A stretch of DNA of 64,000 nt from Octopus vulgaris (GCA_951406725.2 OX597836.1:9796001-9860000), one strand, 5' to 3'. Positions 38,937-51,402 are shown, counted from the first letter of the stretch. The notes: generated by a model from the letters alone, not told the origin. Numbers and translations are program-made.

Positions 38937-39721
38937 CAAGGCGGCGAGCTGGCAGAAATGTTAGCACGCCGGGCGAAATGCCTAGTGGTATTTCGTCTGC
39001 CGCTACGTTCTGAGTTCAAATTCCGCCGAGGTCAACTTTGCCTGTCATCCTTTCGGAGTCGATTAAATAAGTAGCAGTTATGCACTGGGGTCAATGTAAT
39101 CGACTTAATCCATTTGTCTGTCCTTGTTTGTCCCCTCTGTGTTTAGCCCCTTGTGGGTAGTAAAGAAATAGGTATTTCAACCGTCTTCGTGTTCTGAATT
39201 CAAATTCCACTGAGGTCGACTTTGCCTTTCATCCTTTCGGGATCGATTAAATAAGTACCAGTTACGCACTGGGGTCGATATAATCGACTTAATCCATTTG
39301 TCTGTCCTTGTTTGTCCTCTCTGTGTTTAGCCCCTTGTGGGTAGTAAAGAAATAGGTATTTCACCCGTCTTCACATTCTGAATTCAAATTCCACTGAGGT
39401 CGACTTTGCCTTTCATCCTTTCGGGATCGATTAAATAAGTACCAGTTACGCACTGGGGTCGATATAATCGACTTAATCCATTTGTCTGTCCTTGTTTGTC
39501 CTCTCTGTGTTTAGCCCCTTGTGGGTAGTAAACAAACAGGTATTTCGTCTGCCGTCACGTTCTGAGTTCAAATTCCGCCGAGGTCGACTTTGCCATTCAT
39601 CCTCTCAGGGTCGATAAATCAAGTACCAATTACGCACTGGGGTCAATGTAATCGACTTAATCCGTTTGTCTGTCCTTGTTTGTCCTGTCTATGTTTAGCC
39701 CCTTGTGGGCAATAAAGAAAT
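38937..39721 (+). mobile_element. SINE family A tetramer (one head, four 184-bp bodies)
   Basis: Single 15-bp TSD AAGAGAGCTGTATGT; junctions at 39171, 39355 and 39539. Confidence 0.95.
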
Positions 39722-40804
39722 AAGAGAGCTGTATGTGATGCCTGATGTTGAGCTGGCAAGCCAGAGATCTGGACCAGGCTTGTCAGCTTCCGTCAAACCA
39801 TCCAACCCATGCCAGCATGGAAAATGGACCTTATATGATGATGATCCTTATGTAACACCATCTACATACATATAATCACTGTATATTACAGTGTGTGGAG
39901 GTGCAATGGCGCAGTGGTTAGGGCAGCGGACTCACGGTCGGAGGATCACGGTTTTGATTCCCAGACTGGGTGTTGGGTGCGTTTATTGAGCGAAAACACC
40001 TAAAGCTCCACAAGGCTCCATGACACACACACACACACACACACAGAGTGAAACCTTGGTTTATGAACAATTTTTCAAACACACATCATCATCATCATCG
40101 TTTAGTGTCCGCTTTCCACGCTGGCATGGGTTGGATGGTGCAACTGGGGTCTGGAAAGCCAGGAGGTTGCACCAGGCCCAGTCTGATCTGGCAATGTTTC
40201 TACGGCTGGATGCCCTTCCTAACGCCAACCACTCCGTGAGTGTAGTGGGTGCTTTTTACGTGCCACCGCCACAGGTGCCAGACGACAATAAAATAAAAAG
40301 TAAAATAAAATATTTATTGTTCATTCATATCCTCAGACATCATTTTTGGAATCATTATGCGTGTGTGTGTGTGTGTGTGTGTGTATACATGACAGGTTTC
40401 CACACAGTTTCCACATGGCAAATTCACTCACAAGATCTTGGTCAGCCAGAAGCTATAGTAGAAAAAAACACTTGCCCAAGGTGCTGGACAGTGGAACTGA
40501 ACCTGGATGCCACAGGCTTCCAAAACCAAGCTCCTAAACCATTCTGTCATGTCCGCAACATGCCCCTTCATGTTGTATCAGAGAAATGCAACAAATTTTA
40601 GAGAAGTATTCAAATATAAACATATTTATTCATTTATGCAAATTATGGAATTTTAAATATTTTTCCTATTTTCTATTTTCTATGGTTTTTTAATTCAATT
40701 GTGATGCAAACCTGTTTCGAGCAAACATATTTTGATAATTCTACACAGCATGGGAGAGCATAACTTCTTGGCTCATAAATTGTGCGATGAGGGGTTGGGG
40801 AAAC

Positions 40805-41150
40805 TGAGAGAGGGGAGGGAGAGAGAGGGAGAGAGAGAAGGAGAGATAAAGAGAGAGAGAGAGAAAGAAAGAGATATAGAGGGAGAGAGAGAAAAAGAGA
40901 GCGAGAGAAAGAAAGAGAGCTAGAGAGAAAGAAAGAGAGCTAGAGAGAAAGAGAGAGAGAAAGAGCGATAGAGGGAGAGAGAGAAAGAGAGAGCGAGAGA
41001 AAGAAAGAGAGAGCTAAAGAGAAAGAAAGAGAGATAGAGGGAGAGAGAGAGAGCGAGAGAAAGAAAGAGAGAGTTAGAGAGAGAGAGAGAGAAGAGAGAG
41101 CGAGAGAAAGAAAGAGAGAGCTAGAGAGAGAGAGAGGGAGAGAGAGAGAG
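40805..41150. repeat. GA-rich polypurine tract
   Basis: Direct inspection. Confidence 0.95.
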
Positions 41151-41326
41151 ATGGTAGAAAATTGGTTGCAACAGTCGCAAAAGAGTGTTCAAGGATTTTC
41201 ATAGTATGAAAGAATAGGAGGAAAGAGAAAGAGATTAGAGTGAAAGACAGAGAGAAACAGATGGACATTATAGCCGGAATTAGACACCGAAGGAAGAATT
41301 AAAAGAAAGATATGATAGAGAGACAG

Positions 41327-41363
<37 letters not shown>

Positions 41364-41811
41364 ATGACAGACAGAAAGATAGATATACATCATAGCTAAA
41401 ATCAGACACTAAAGGAAGAATTAAGAGTAAGAATGATATGATATGGAGATAGGAATATAATAAGGAAAGATTAGACATACACTAGATAGAGAGACAGAAA
41501 TATGATAGAAAGAGAGAGAAAGAGAAAGACAAGGAGAGGCTTACAGCAGATACGGATGTGCAATGGATATATAGATAAATATATAAAACTCAGAAAGCTA
41601 AACCCAACTTACTAATCTCTTTTCCAAATAACCCGCCCACACAGATTTACGAAAAAAAACAAATAAACACCAGATAAATCAGATGGCAAACTGAAACATG
41701 CCTTGACCTCCACATTACACCATGTTCAGAAAAAAAGCACCATGTAGCTGAGTGTGGATTACGGTCTAATACCAGAATGGAATATGGTAGGTTTAGTGCT
41801 GTAAACCTTAG

Positions 41812-42410
41812 TGAAGGCACATGGCTTGGTGGTTAGAGCGTCAGGTTTGCAATCATGAGATAGTGAGTTCGATTCCTAGACCAGGCTTGTGTTGTGATCT
41901 TGAGCAAGACACTTTATTTCACGTTGCTCCAGTTCACTCATCTGTAGAAATGGGTTGCGATGTTATTGATACCAAGCTGTATCGGCCCCTTTACCTTTCC
42001 CTTGGATAACATCAGTGATGTGGAGAGTGGAGGCCGGTATGCATGGGCGACTGCTGGTCTCCCATAAGCAAATTTTCCTAGACTTGCACCTCGGAGGGTA
42101 CTTCTCTAGGTGTAATCCCATGGTCTCTCTTGACCAAAGGAGATCTTTGTGAGTTCAATTCCTGGACTGGGCTATGGGTTGTGTTCTTGGGCAAGACACT
42201 TTATTTCACGTTGCTCCAGTTCACTCATCTGTAGAATTGAGTTGCGGTGTCACTGGTGCCAAGCTGTATCAGCCCCTTTGCCTTTCTCTTGGCTAACATA
42301 TGTGGTGTAGAGAGGAGAGGCTGGTATGTATGGGCGACTGCTGGTCTTCTATTAACAACCTTGCCCAGACTTGTGCCTGGGAGGGTAACTTTCATGACTG
42401 AAGGGGGTCT
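41812..42410 (+). mobile_element. SINE family C dimer
   Basis: Junction GGAGATCTTT|GTGAGTTC at 42148/42149. Confidence 0.85.
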
Positions 42411-42547
42411 TAAAAGAAAAAGTGCTGAAAACCTATAACTGACTGTTTCTAAATGTACAGCAATTTTGATTACATCAACCCCAGTGTTTAACTGGTACTT
42501 ATTTTATCAACCCCAAAATGATGAAAGACCAAGTCAACTTCCTTGGC

Positions 42548-42583
<36 letters not shown>

Positions 42584-42602
42584 TTAATAATAATGATAAT
42601 TG

Positions 42603-42845
42603 GTAATTGGTGCATTAGGGGCTGTCAGTGATGAAATACACAAATACAAAAAGGAGACTGGAATGGAATGTCTTGTAGAGCTTCTAAAGAAGGTTCGCCT
42701 CAATTAGGAACAGGAAAGAACATCACAAGGGTTTTGAGCACTTGGTGCCTTATTGAAATAATGTGGACATCTAAAGTTACATTGGGTAACCCAACACCCA
42801 TATAAATTCCACAAGGAATAAGACCAACCCTGAGCCAAGACGATG
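42603..42845 (+). pseudogene. 3' end of an RLE-type (R4/Dong-like) non-LTR retrotransposon at (TAA)n
   Basis: Translates VIGALGAVSDEIHKYKKETGMECLVELLKKVRL, frameshift, LGTGKNITRVLST, matching the RLE C-terminal pattern IGALG..LQK..LLGTARILRKVL; preceded by (TAA)n. Confidence 0.75.
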
Positions 42846-43182
42846 ACAGTGGTAACACCACCACTGCCACCGCCACCATCAACAACAATAACAACAACAA
42901 CAGTAATGGTAAATTGACTAGTTTGTCTCTTCTGAACTGCTCGGATGTGGATAGTGTTTATTTTACTGCAGTAGTGACTGCAGCCAAGAGACGGTATTGT
43001 TTACCATTAAAACATCGTAAAATAAGCTTAGAGTAGATACTGTTACTGCATTGTTGAGAGATGAAATAACAAACGATTCATGGCAGATATAAACAAACCA
43101 ACAAACCAAAGGCTGCAACAAATTGCTTTCGCATACATGTTTGTTTGTATATGTATGTATGTATGTATGTATGTGTGAAAAA

Positions 43183-43226
<44 letters not shown>

Positions 43227-43289
43227 GTATGTGTAGGTGTGTGTTTATATATATATATATATATATGTTTGCATGTGTATGATTTTATA

Positions 43290-43545
43290 TTACTCTTTTA
43301 CTCTTTTACTTGTTTCAGTCTTTTGACTGTGGCTATGCTGGAGCACCGCCTTTAGTCGAGCAAATCGACTCCCCAGGACTTATTCTTTGTAAGCCCAGTA
43401 CTTATTCTTTCGGTCACTTTTTGCCGAACCGCTAAGTGACACACCAGCATCGGTTGTCAAGCAATGCTAGGGGGACAAACACAGACACACAAACGTATAT
43501 ATATATATATATATACATATATATACATATATATATATGTGTATG

Positions 43546-43593
<48 letters not shown>

Positions 43594-44007
43594 ACAGTAT
43601 ATATGCTGTGATTCGACTTTCAGATAATGGAAACTGAAAGAAGCCCGTTGTATATATGTATATGTGTGTGTGTGTGCATATATGTTTGTGTGTCTGTGTT
43701 TGTCCCCCCAACATCGCTTGACAACCGATGCTAGTGTGTTTACATCCCCATAACTTAGTGGTTCGGCAAAAGAGGCCGATAGAATAAGTACTAGGCTTCC
43801 AAGGAATAAGTCCTGGGGTTGATTTGCTTAACTAAAGGCAGTGCTCCAGCATGGCCACAGTTTCCATCTACCAAATCCACTCAGAAGGCTTTGGTCGGCC
43901 TGAGGCTATAGTAGTAGACACTTGCCCAAGGTACCACGCAGTGGGAATGAACCTGGAACCATGTGGTTGGTAAGAAAGCTACTTACCACACAGCCACTCC
44001 TGCACCT
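43290..44007. mobile_element. Rearranged SINE B: tail(-), (TA)n, body(+), head(-)
   Basis: 43290-43500 minus, 43628-43858 plus, 43859-44007 minus. Confidence 0.85.
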
Positions 44008-44023
44008 ATCATCATCATATACA

Positions 44024-44207
44024 TATTTAGATAAAAATGGTTATGACTGATCTATGGAGTTACCAAGGGTTTCACACCCGTAAAGCTAAGTGCTTCATGT
44101 ATGCAAAACCCTGGGCAACCCCATAGATTGGTCATAACCATATCTAAATACTCTACTGCTCTAGAACTTAGAGTGTGCTTCTCTTTCAGATTTATGATTT
44201 ACTGACG
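44024..44207. mobile_element. PLE-like fold-back remnant
   Basis: Inverted arms 44024-44072 / 44106-44150; GAAAC-ccttg-GTA on minus; ends at (TA)n. Confidence 0.55.
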
Positions 44208-44275
44208 ATATATATATATAAAATATGGGTGGCTTATTAACAATTTAACAACCTAGAGGCAAATTTATAGATGTT

Positions 44276-44458
44276 ACTAAGGTGACAGATGGTAGAAAGT
44301 GGTACGGGTATTGCTAGAAATAAGAGTCAAAACAACTCATTAGCCACAAGAGCACAATCTTGTCAGCTTATTAAGGTAGTGCTCTTCTGGCTAATGAGTC
44401 GTTTTGACTCTTATTTCTAGCAATGCCAGTACCACTTTGTACCCTCTGTCACTTTAGT
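44276..44458. repeat. Long fold-back, about 80-bp arms and a 23-nt loop
   Basis: TTGCTAGAAATAAGAGTCAAAAC..TTAGCCA.AAGAGCAC pairs with GTGCTCTT.TGGCTAA..GTTTTGACTCTTATTTCTAGCAA. Confidence 0.9.
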
Positions 44459-44466
44459 GATATCCA

Positions 44467-44561
<95 letters not shown>

Positions 44562-44614
44562 TATCATCATTTAAAAACTGTTTTCCATGCTGGCATGGTT
44601 AGACTATATATATA

Positions 44615-44650
<36 letters not shown>

Positions 44651-45624
44651 TATATACATACACACATACATGCATACATACATACACACACAAACACAAA
44701 CACATATACATACATACTTGTGTGTGTATAATTCAAAAGCATAATGGAAGACAAGAGACATTACCAAAACGGTTTTGGGCTTGGTAAACGGTCCCACACT
44801 CCACTCCGATACTCTCCCATGTTATGACAAAAGCCATTATACTTTTGTACTGACTACACTGTGTAGTTGAAACCGCATTACGTATTGATAAAGAGACGCA
44901 GAAAACATAATTGGTATTTCTAACCTTGCTTTACACCCACACATGATGCATGATGTGTGTATGTGTGTGTATGTGTGTGTGTGTGTATATGAGTGTGTAT
45001 CTATATGTGTGCATGTGTATACATATATATATTGTATATGTGTGTGTATATATGTGTGTATGTGTATATATATATGTGTGTGTATATATATGTGTGTATG
45101 TGTATATATATATTGTATATGCGTGTGTGTATGTATGTATCATCATCATCATCATTTAACGTCCGCATTCCATGCTAGCATGGGTTGGACGGTTCAACTG
45201 GGGTCTGGCAAGCCCGAAGGCTGCACCAGGCCAGTCAGATCTGGCAGTGTTTCTACAGCTGGATGCCCTTCCTAACGCCAACCACCCCGAGAGTGTATAT
45301 ATATATATATATAGTGTGTGTGTTATGGACTCTTCTGTTGTTGGATGATGGACAAGGGGGCCATTATTTCTTGCTGAAGAATCTGTACAAATGATTCTGT
45401 TTATAGTGATCAAATGCGTGTGCCATACATTAGCTCGCTTCCTCCATTAAATCGATATTGCCTCAACAAGTACATAAATGTGCCACATGTCAGATGTTGA
45501 AATAATCTCAGAGCAAAGTGAAAGAAAGGAAAACAACAGTCTAGGAATTGAAACCACGATCTCACGATCACGATCGCAACACCCCAACACTAGGCCATGC
45601 ACATTCACACATTATATATACATA

Positions 45625-46147
45625 CTGTAAATCCTCGAGTATAGTCCGCCCTTGAGTATAATACGCAGGGGATTTTTAGGGGGCTGTACCTCTGAAAAAC
45701 CTAAACCTTGTGTATAATACACACCCCTTCTCTAACTTGAATTGTGCGTAATTAAGCCAGCAGCACATAGTCGAACAAACACTTCTGCGCATGCGTAATA
45801 CAATAATGGTGATGTTCTTAACTGTTATATGGGAATGTAAATATGTTTGCAAACTGTTTTTGTTACATGTTATTCTGTGTTCTGAATACTTTTATTTTGA
45901 TAAATGTTGCTTACTGCGAGTTATGGATGATTCTTTTATGACTTCATTGCTTTCAGGCTTAGCTTAAGGTATTTTCGCGCCCAACATCTCAAAATGCGTC
46001 TGAATAAACATTGCTGGACAGCAAATAGAGACTTGGACATTGCTTAGAAAATATTTTTCATTTTTAACCTCGTATATAGAACGCACTAGGGATTTTGACC
46101 TTTATATTTTTGGGGAAAAAATGCGGATTATACTCGAGGATTTACGG
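45625..46147. mobile_element. Tc1/pogo (Tigger-like) MITE
   Basis: TA TSD; 25-bp TIR CYGTAAATCCTCGAGTATARTCCGC with two mismatches. Confidence 0.9.
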
Positions 46148-46149
46148 TA

Positions 46150-46298
46150 TATTATTATTATTTAAAGCAGTTTGATTCAGCCCCATGCAACTTAAAAGTT
46201 TCATAGTTTATTCAGCTTGAAAGGGCTGGGTTTCAGTAAGAAGCCTATGACACTTTAAGTAACATAGGGTCAAATCAAACTGTTTTAAATAATAATAA
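46150..46298. repeat. Diverged fold-back (about 55-bp arms), PLE-like
   Basis: TTTAAAGCAGTTTGATT pairs with AATCAAACTGTTTTAAA; GAAAC..GTH-like motif. Confidence 0.55.
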
Positions 46299-46299
46299 T

Positions 46300-46925
46300 A
46301 ATAATGGTTTCAAATTTTGGCACAAGGTCAACAAATTTAGGGGAGGGAGTAAGTCGATTACATTGACCCTCAGTCCTCAACTGGTACTTATTTTATTGAC
46401 CATGAAAGGATGAAAGGTAAAGTCAACCTTAGTGGAATTTGAACTCAGGATGTAAAGACAGAAGAAATACTGCTAAACATTTTGCCTGGTGTGCTAATGA
46501 TTCTGCCAGCTTACCATAATAATAATAATGATTCCAAATTTTTGCCACAAGGGCAGCTTGGGTGAAGGGATTAAGTCGATTACATCAGCCCCAGTGCATC
46601 ACTGGTATCTAATTAATCAACCCTGAAAGGATGAAAGGCAAAGTCAACCTCGGCAGAATTTGAACCCAGAATGTAGCAGCAAACGAAATACCTATTTCTT
46701 TACTACCCACAAGGGGCTAAACACAGAGAGGACAAACAAGGACAGACAAACAGATTAAGTCGATTATATCGACCCCAGTGCGTATCTGGTACTTATTTAA
46801 TCGACCCCGAAAGTATGAAAGGCAAAGTCGACCTCGGCAAAATTTGAACCCATAACGTAGCGACGAGTGAAATACTGCTTAGCATTTTGTCCAGCATGCT
46901 AACAATTCTGCCAACTCACTGCCTT
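46300..46925 (-). mobile_element. SINE family A cluster (monomer plus dimer) at (TAA)n
   Basis: Junction at 46691. Confidence 0.85.
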
Positions 46926-47265
46926 AATAATAATAATAATAATATATTTTTCCTGTGAATATCTCTGAGAAGGGAGGGAACTCTACAGCTCTCATTGAAG
47001 CGGTCGTTAAAGCCGACTAGGCTTATCTCGCACTGTGAGATACAGCAAAGCACGAAATATCAATAAAGTATTCATTACACTAAAGAGTGAAAGAAATATT
47101 TATCTAGTAAGATTCAAAATATACACATGCTTCTGGGGTTTTGTTGGTAGAGTTTTTGTTGTATTGAGTCTTGAAGCCCACGGGTGCAGGCGTGGGTATG
47201 TGGTTTGCTTCCCTTCTGCATGGTTTTTGTTAGAGTCCCACAGCATGACACCATGGGTTACACTT

Positions 47266-47715
47266 CTTATTTCTTCATTGCCCACAAGGAGCTAAACATA
47301 GAGGAGACAAACAAGGACAGACATAGGGATTAAGTCGATTACATTGACCCCAGTGTGTAACTGGTACTTGATTTATCAACCCCGAAAGGATGAAAGGCAA
47401 AGTCGACCTCGGCGGAATTTGAACTCAGAACGAAGCGGCGGACAAAATATCACAAAGCCTTTTGCCCGGCGTGCTAATGTTTCTTATTTCTTTATTGCAC
47501 AGAAGGAGCTAAACATAGAGGGGACAAACAAGGACAGACAAAGGGATTAAGTCGATTACATCGATCTCAACATGCAACTGGTACTAAATTTTTCGACCCT
47601 GAAAGGATGAAAGGCAAAGTCGACCTTGGTGGAATTTGAACTCAGAACGAAGCGGCAGACGAATTACCACAAAGCATTTTGCCTGGCGTGCTAACGCTTC
47701 TGCCAGCTCACCACC
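47266..47715 (-). mobile_element. SINE family A tandem pair with an alternative junction
   Basis: Tail AAAGAAATAA joined to GAAACATTAGCACG near 47483. Confidence 0.85.
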
Positions 47716-48104
47716 TCTTCTATTATGATCCTGGGTCAACTAATGCCTTGTAAGTAGATTTGGTCAACAGAAACACAGAATGAACCCTGTCATATATAGA
47801 TGTGTGTGTGTGTGTATGTGTATTCTTGTTTTGGCATCACATGGTTGTTATTATTGAATGTCCTTCATTCCCAATATTCTCTGCGAAAACATATCTGGCC
47901 ATGGAGAAATATTACCTTGCTCGGAAACAGGCAAAGGTTGGTGACAGGAATAGCATCCGGCCATAGAAAATTAACCGCAATAAACTCCATCTGACCCATG
48001 CAAGTAGAGAAGAGTGGATATTAAAATAATGATGAAGATGATGATGATGATAAGAAAGTTTCTATGTTATTTCTGTCAACAAAATTCCACTCCTACACAC
48101 ACAA

Positions 48105-48345
48105 TGTGTTTATGTATGTATGTATGTATGTATGTATGTATGTATGTATGTATGTATGTGTGTATGTATGTGTGTATGTATGTGTGTTGTGTGTGTTGTG
48201 TTGTGTTGTATGTGTGTGTGTATGTGTGTATGTTGTGTATGTATGTGTGTGTGTATGTGTGTATGTATGTGTGTATGTATGTGTGTATGTATGTGTGTAT
48301 GTGTGTGTGTATGTGTGTATGTATGTATGCATGCATGTATGTGCA
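48105..48345. repeat. (TATG)n/(TG)n microsatellite
   Basis: Direct inspection. Confidence 0.97.
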
Positions 48346-48599
48346 ATGGTTAATCCAGATGCTTTCTGGTTTTTCTTTTTTTCCCCCTCGCTCTATCTGT
48401 TTTCTCTCCTCATTCCTTTCTGTAGAAGAACATAGGCTCAACACAACAAAGATTTTTCCATTTTTCCTGAGCGTCAAACTTATTACACCTTATTTGATGT
48501 TCCCTCACCTGTTTCTGACTTGTTTTTTTGCACAATATTTAACCATATACGTGCATTCTTTTGTGTGTTTGTGCAGATGCATGCACACACACACACACA

Positions 48600-48812
48600 A
48601 GGAAGTGCTGGAAGGTTTTTGGCCCTGGCTGTAAAGAAAATACAGGAGGATCAGTTAACTGTGATTTTATTCAACATATTCCCCTCTCAGATTTCCACAC
48701 TTATTGCACCGGTCCTTCAGTTTTTCTAAGCCCTGTACAAGAACTCGGAAGGTTGGGCCACCAACCAAACCTTTCGTAATACCCTTAAAGCCAGGAACTT
48801 TTCAGCCCCCTC
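48600..48812. mobile_element. Mariner-type MITE; second partial copy at 49316-49410
   Basis: TIR GAGGGGGCTGAAAAGTTCCTGGCTTT; shared internal AAAGAAAATACAGGAGGATCAGTTAA. Confidence 0.7.
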
Positions 48813-48851
48813 CCACCTGTAAATATATGTGTGTATATATATATATATATA

Positions 48852-49312
48852 CCTGTGCCAGTGGAACATTAAAAGCACCATCCAAGCATGATCATTGTCA
48901 GGGCTGCTGACTGGCTCCCATGCTGGTGGCACATAAAAAGCACCATTCGAGCATGATTGTTACCAGTGTCACCCTACTGGCACTTGTGCCAGTGGCACAT
49001 TAAAAGCAACATTTGAGTGAGGTCGTTGCCATGCCGCTGGAGTGCCTTCTGTGCAGGTGACACATAAAAAACACATTTTGAGTGTGGCTGTCGCCAGTAC
49101 CACCTGACTGGCCCTCATACCAGTGGCACGTAAAAGCACCCACTACACTTTCGGAGTGGTTGGCGTCAGGAAGGGCATCCAGCTGTAGAAACACTGCCAG
49201 ATCAAGACTGGAGCCTGGTGCAGCCATCTGGCTCGCCAATCTCCAGTCAAACCATTCAACACATGTCAGCATGGAAAGCGGACGTTAAACGACGATGACG
49301 ATGATGATGATT
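48852..49312 (+). mobile_element. SINE family D with about five diverged minisatellite monomers
   Basis: GTGCCAGTGGCAC..AAAAGCACC repeats, V-like domain, (GAT)n tail. Confidence 0.85.
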
Positions 49313-49778
49313 TATATGAGGAGGCACTGAAAAGTTCCTGGCTTTGGGTAAAAGAAAATACAGGAGGATCAGTTAATGTTTTTATAGAACATATTCCCCT
49401 CAGATTCACAACAGAATGAACACTGAGCTGTAAAACCTTGTGTCAGCCAAGTCCCCTGTGCAACCCAAGGATAGCATGGAGAGGCCAGCATTAAATGAAT
49501 AAAGTTGTTTGATAATCGAAGACTATGGTAGAAGATACTTCCTGAAAGTATTTGTAAAGGGAACGACCCAGGGCCGGAGGCGGGAGAGGGAAAGGGAAAG
49601 GGAGAGAGAGAGGGGAAGGGAGAGAGAGAGATATCAAGTCAGGTGGCTTTAATGATCAGAAGAAAAAGAGATGTAGAGTTCCCTCCCTTCTCAAAGATAT
49701 TGGCAGAGAAATGCTTGCGCGTGTGTCTGCATGTGTGTGTGTGTGTGTGTGTGAGTGGGTTTGTATTTCCCTGGCCTT

Positions 49779-49815
<37 letters not shown>

Positions 49816-49864
49816 AGCCACGCCTGCATCCACATATATTTCCTTCTTGAGCTATAAGTGCAAA

Positions 49865-49882
49865 AAAAGGTCATGACCTTTT
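49865..49882. promoter_or_regulatory. Perfect 18-bp palindrome with the nuclear-receptor IR0 element AGGTCATGACCT
   Basis: AAAAGGTCATGACCTTTT in unique DNA. Confidence 0.35.
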
Positions 49883-50342
49883 CGTGATACACAGGAGAAT
49901 TCTAGAGAAGTGTGGATATGCTCGACGGTCATTGAGGCGTGAAGAATCTAATGTTTCAGGCTCTTGACCTTTGTCTGAGGACAGAGAGGGAAGAATTGAA
50001 GAGAAAAGGCGGAGAGCTGGCAGAAATGTTAGCATGCTGGACGAAATGCTGAGCGGTATTTCATCTGTCTTTACGTTCTGAGTTCAAATTGAGTTTTGAG
50101 GCAGCAATTGATGGAAGAATTGAAGAGAAAAGGCGGAGAGCTGGCAGAAATGCTTAGCGGTATTTCCTCTGCTGTTACGTTCTGAGTTCAAATTCTGCCG
50201 AGGTTGACTTTGCCTTTCATCGTTTCAGGATCGATAAATTAAGTACCAGTTGCGTACTGGGGTCGATCTAATCGACTGGCCCCTTCCCCCAAAATATCAG
50301 ACCTTGTGCCTAGAGTAGAAAAAAATTGACGAGAAAGAACCA

Positions 50343-50600
50343 TGTGGGAGTGATGAGGATTTGTGGGAGTGATATGAGGTTGTGGGAGTAATGTGGGGTT
50401 GTGGTAGTGATGTGGGATTGTGGGAGTGATGTGGGTTTGTGGGAGTAATGTGGGTTTGTGGGAGTAATGTGGGGTTGTGGGAGTAATGTGGGGTTGTGGG
50501 AGTGATGTGGGATTGTGGGAGTAATGTGGGGTTGTGGGAGTGATGTGGGATTGTGGGAGTAATGTGGGGTTGTGGTAGTGATGTGGGTTTGTGGTAGTGA
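50343..50600 (+). repeat. 19-bp G-rich minisatellite (TGTGGGAGTRATGTGGGDT), about 13 copies
   Basis: Direct inspection. Confidence 0.95.
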
Positions 50601-50701
50601 TGTTATGCATAAACGGCACCTGTGCTGGTGACACATAAAAGATGCCAAGTATACTCTCTGGCGCAGTTGGCATTAGGGAAGGCATCCAGTCATAGAAACC
50701 A

Positions 50702-50934
50702 AGGCGGCAAGCTGGCAGAAACGTTAGCACGCTGGGCAAAATGCTTAGTGGTATTTCGTCTGCCGCTACGTTCTGAGTTCAAATTCCGCCAAGGTCAACT
50801 TTGCCTTTCATCCTTTCGAGGTCGATAAATTAAGTACCAGTTACGCACTGGGGTCGATATAATTGACTTAATCCATTTGTCTGTCCTTGTTTGTCCTCTA
50901 TGTGTTTAGCCCCTTGTGGGCAGTAAAGAAATAA
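50702..50934 (+). mobile_element. SINE family A monomer inserted in a D element
   Basis: Approximate TSD AGAAACCAAG / AGACACCAAG; D sequence resumes after the insertion. Confidence 0.85.
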
Positions 50935-51402
50935 GACACCAAGCCCAAACGGACTGGAACCCGGTGCAGCTCTCTGGCTTACCAGCTTCAGTCAAACCGT
51001 TTTACCTACGCAAGCATGGAAAACGAACGCTAAATGACGATGGTGATGATGATGATGCATTCCTTAAGTGTAGATTAGAAATAACTGGATAAGGTAGCTG
51101 TGTCACATGATCAAACCCACTTAATACACCTAAATCTCACTCGTACCATTTCATATCTGACATTCCGTATTTAATATTTTTCATAATGTTACTTTCCAAG
51201 AATTCATTGCATATCTGTAACTAGATTCCTACCAACATCTGTTTTTCCCAGCAATTATTTCGTGGTAATTCAAACTGACCATTAGCTCCATGCTGACATC
51301 ACTCAATTTATGGCGAAATTCCCAGCTGAGGACAAAATCCCCAAAAGTTATGGGAGCTGTTTTCCTCTTTGTATTAGCAAAAACAAAAATAAAATGAAGC
51401 TG

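Noticed and set aside
1138-48477. Long [16 protein letters not shown] ORFs in the ORF track
   Set aside because: Translations of dinucleotide and tetranucleotide microsatellites; open in many frames and on both strands
48852-49140. CRISPR-like array (conserved ~25-bp palindromic repeat with ~40-bp spacers)
   Set aside because: The spacers are homologous to each other and to those in other family D copies; eukaryotic SINE context; no cas genes
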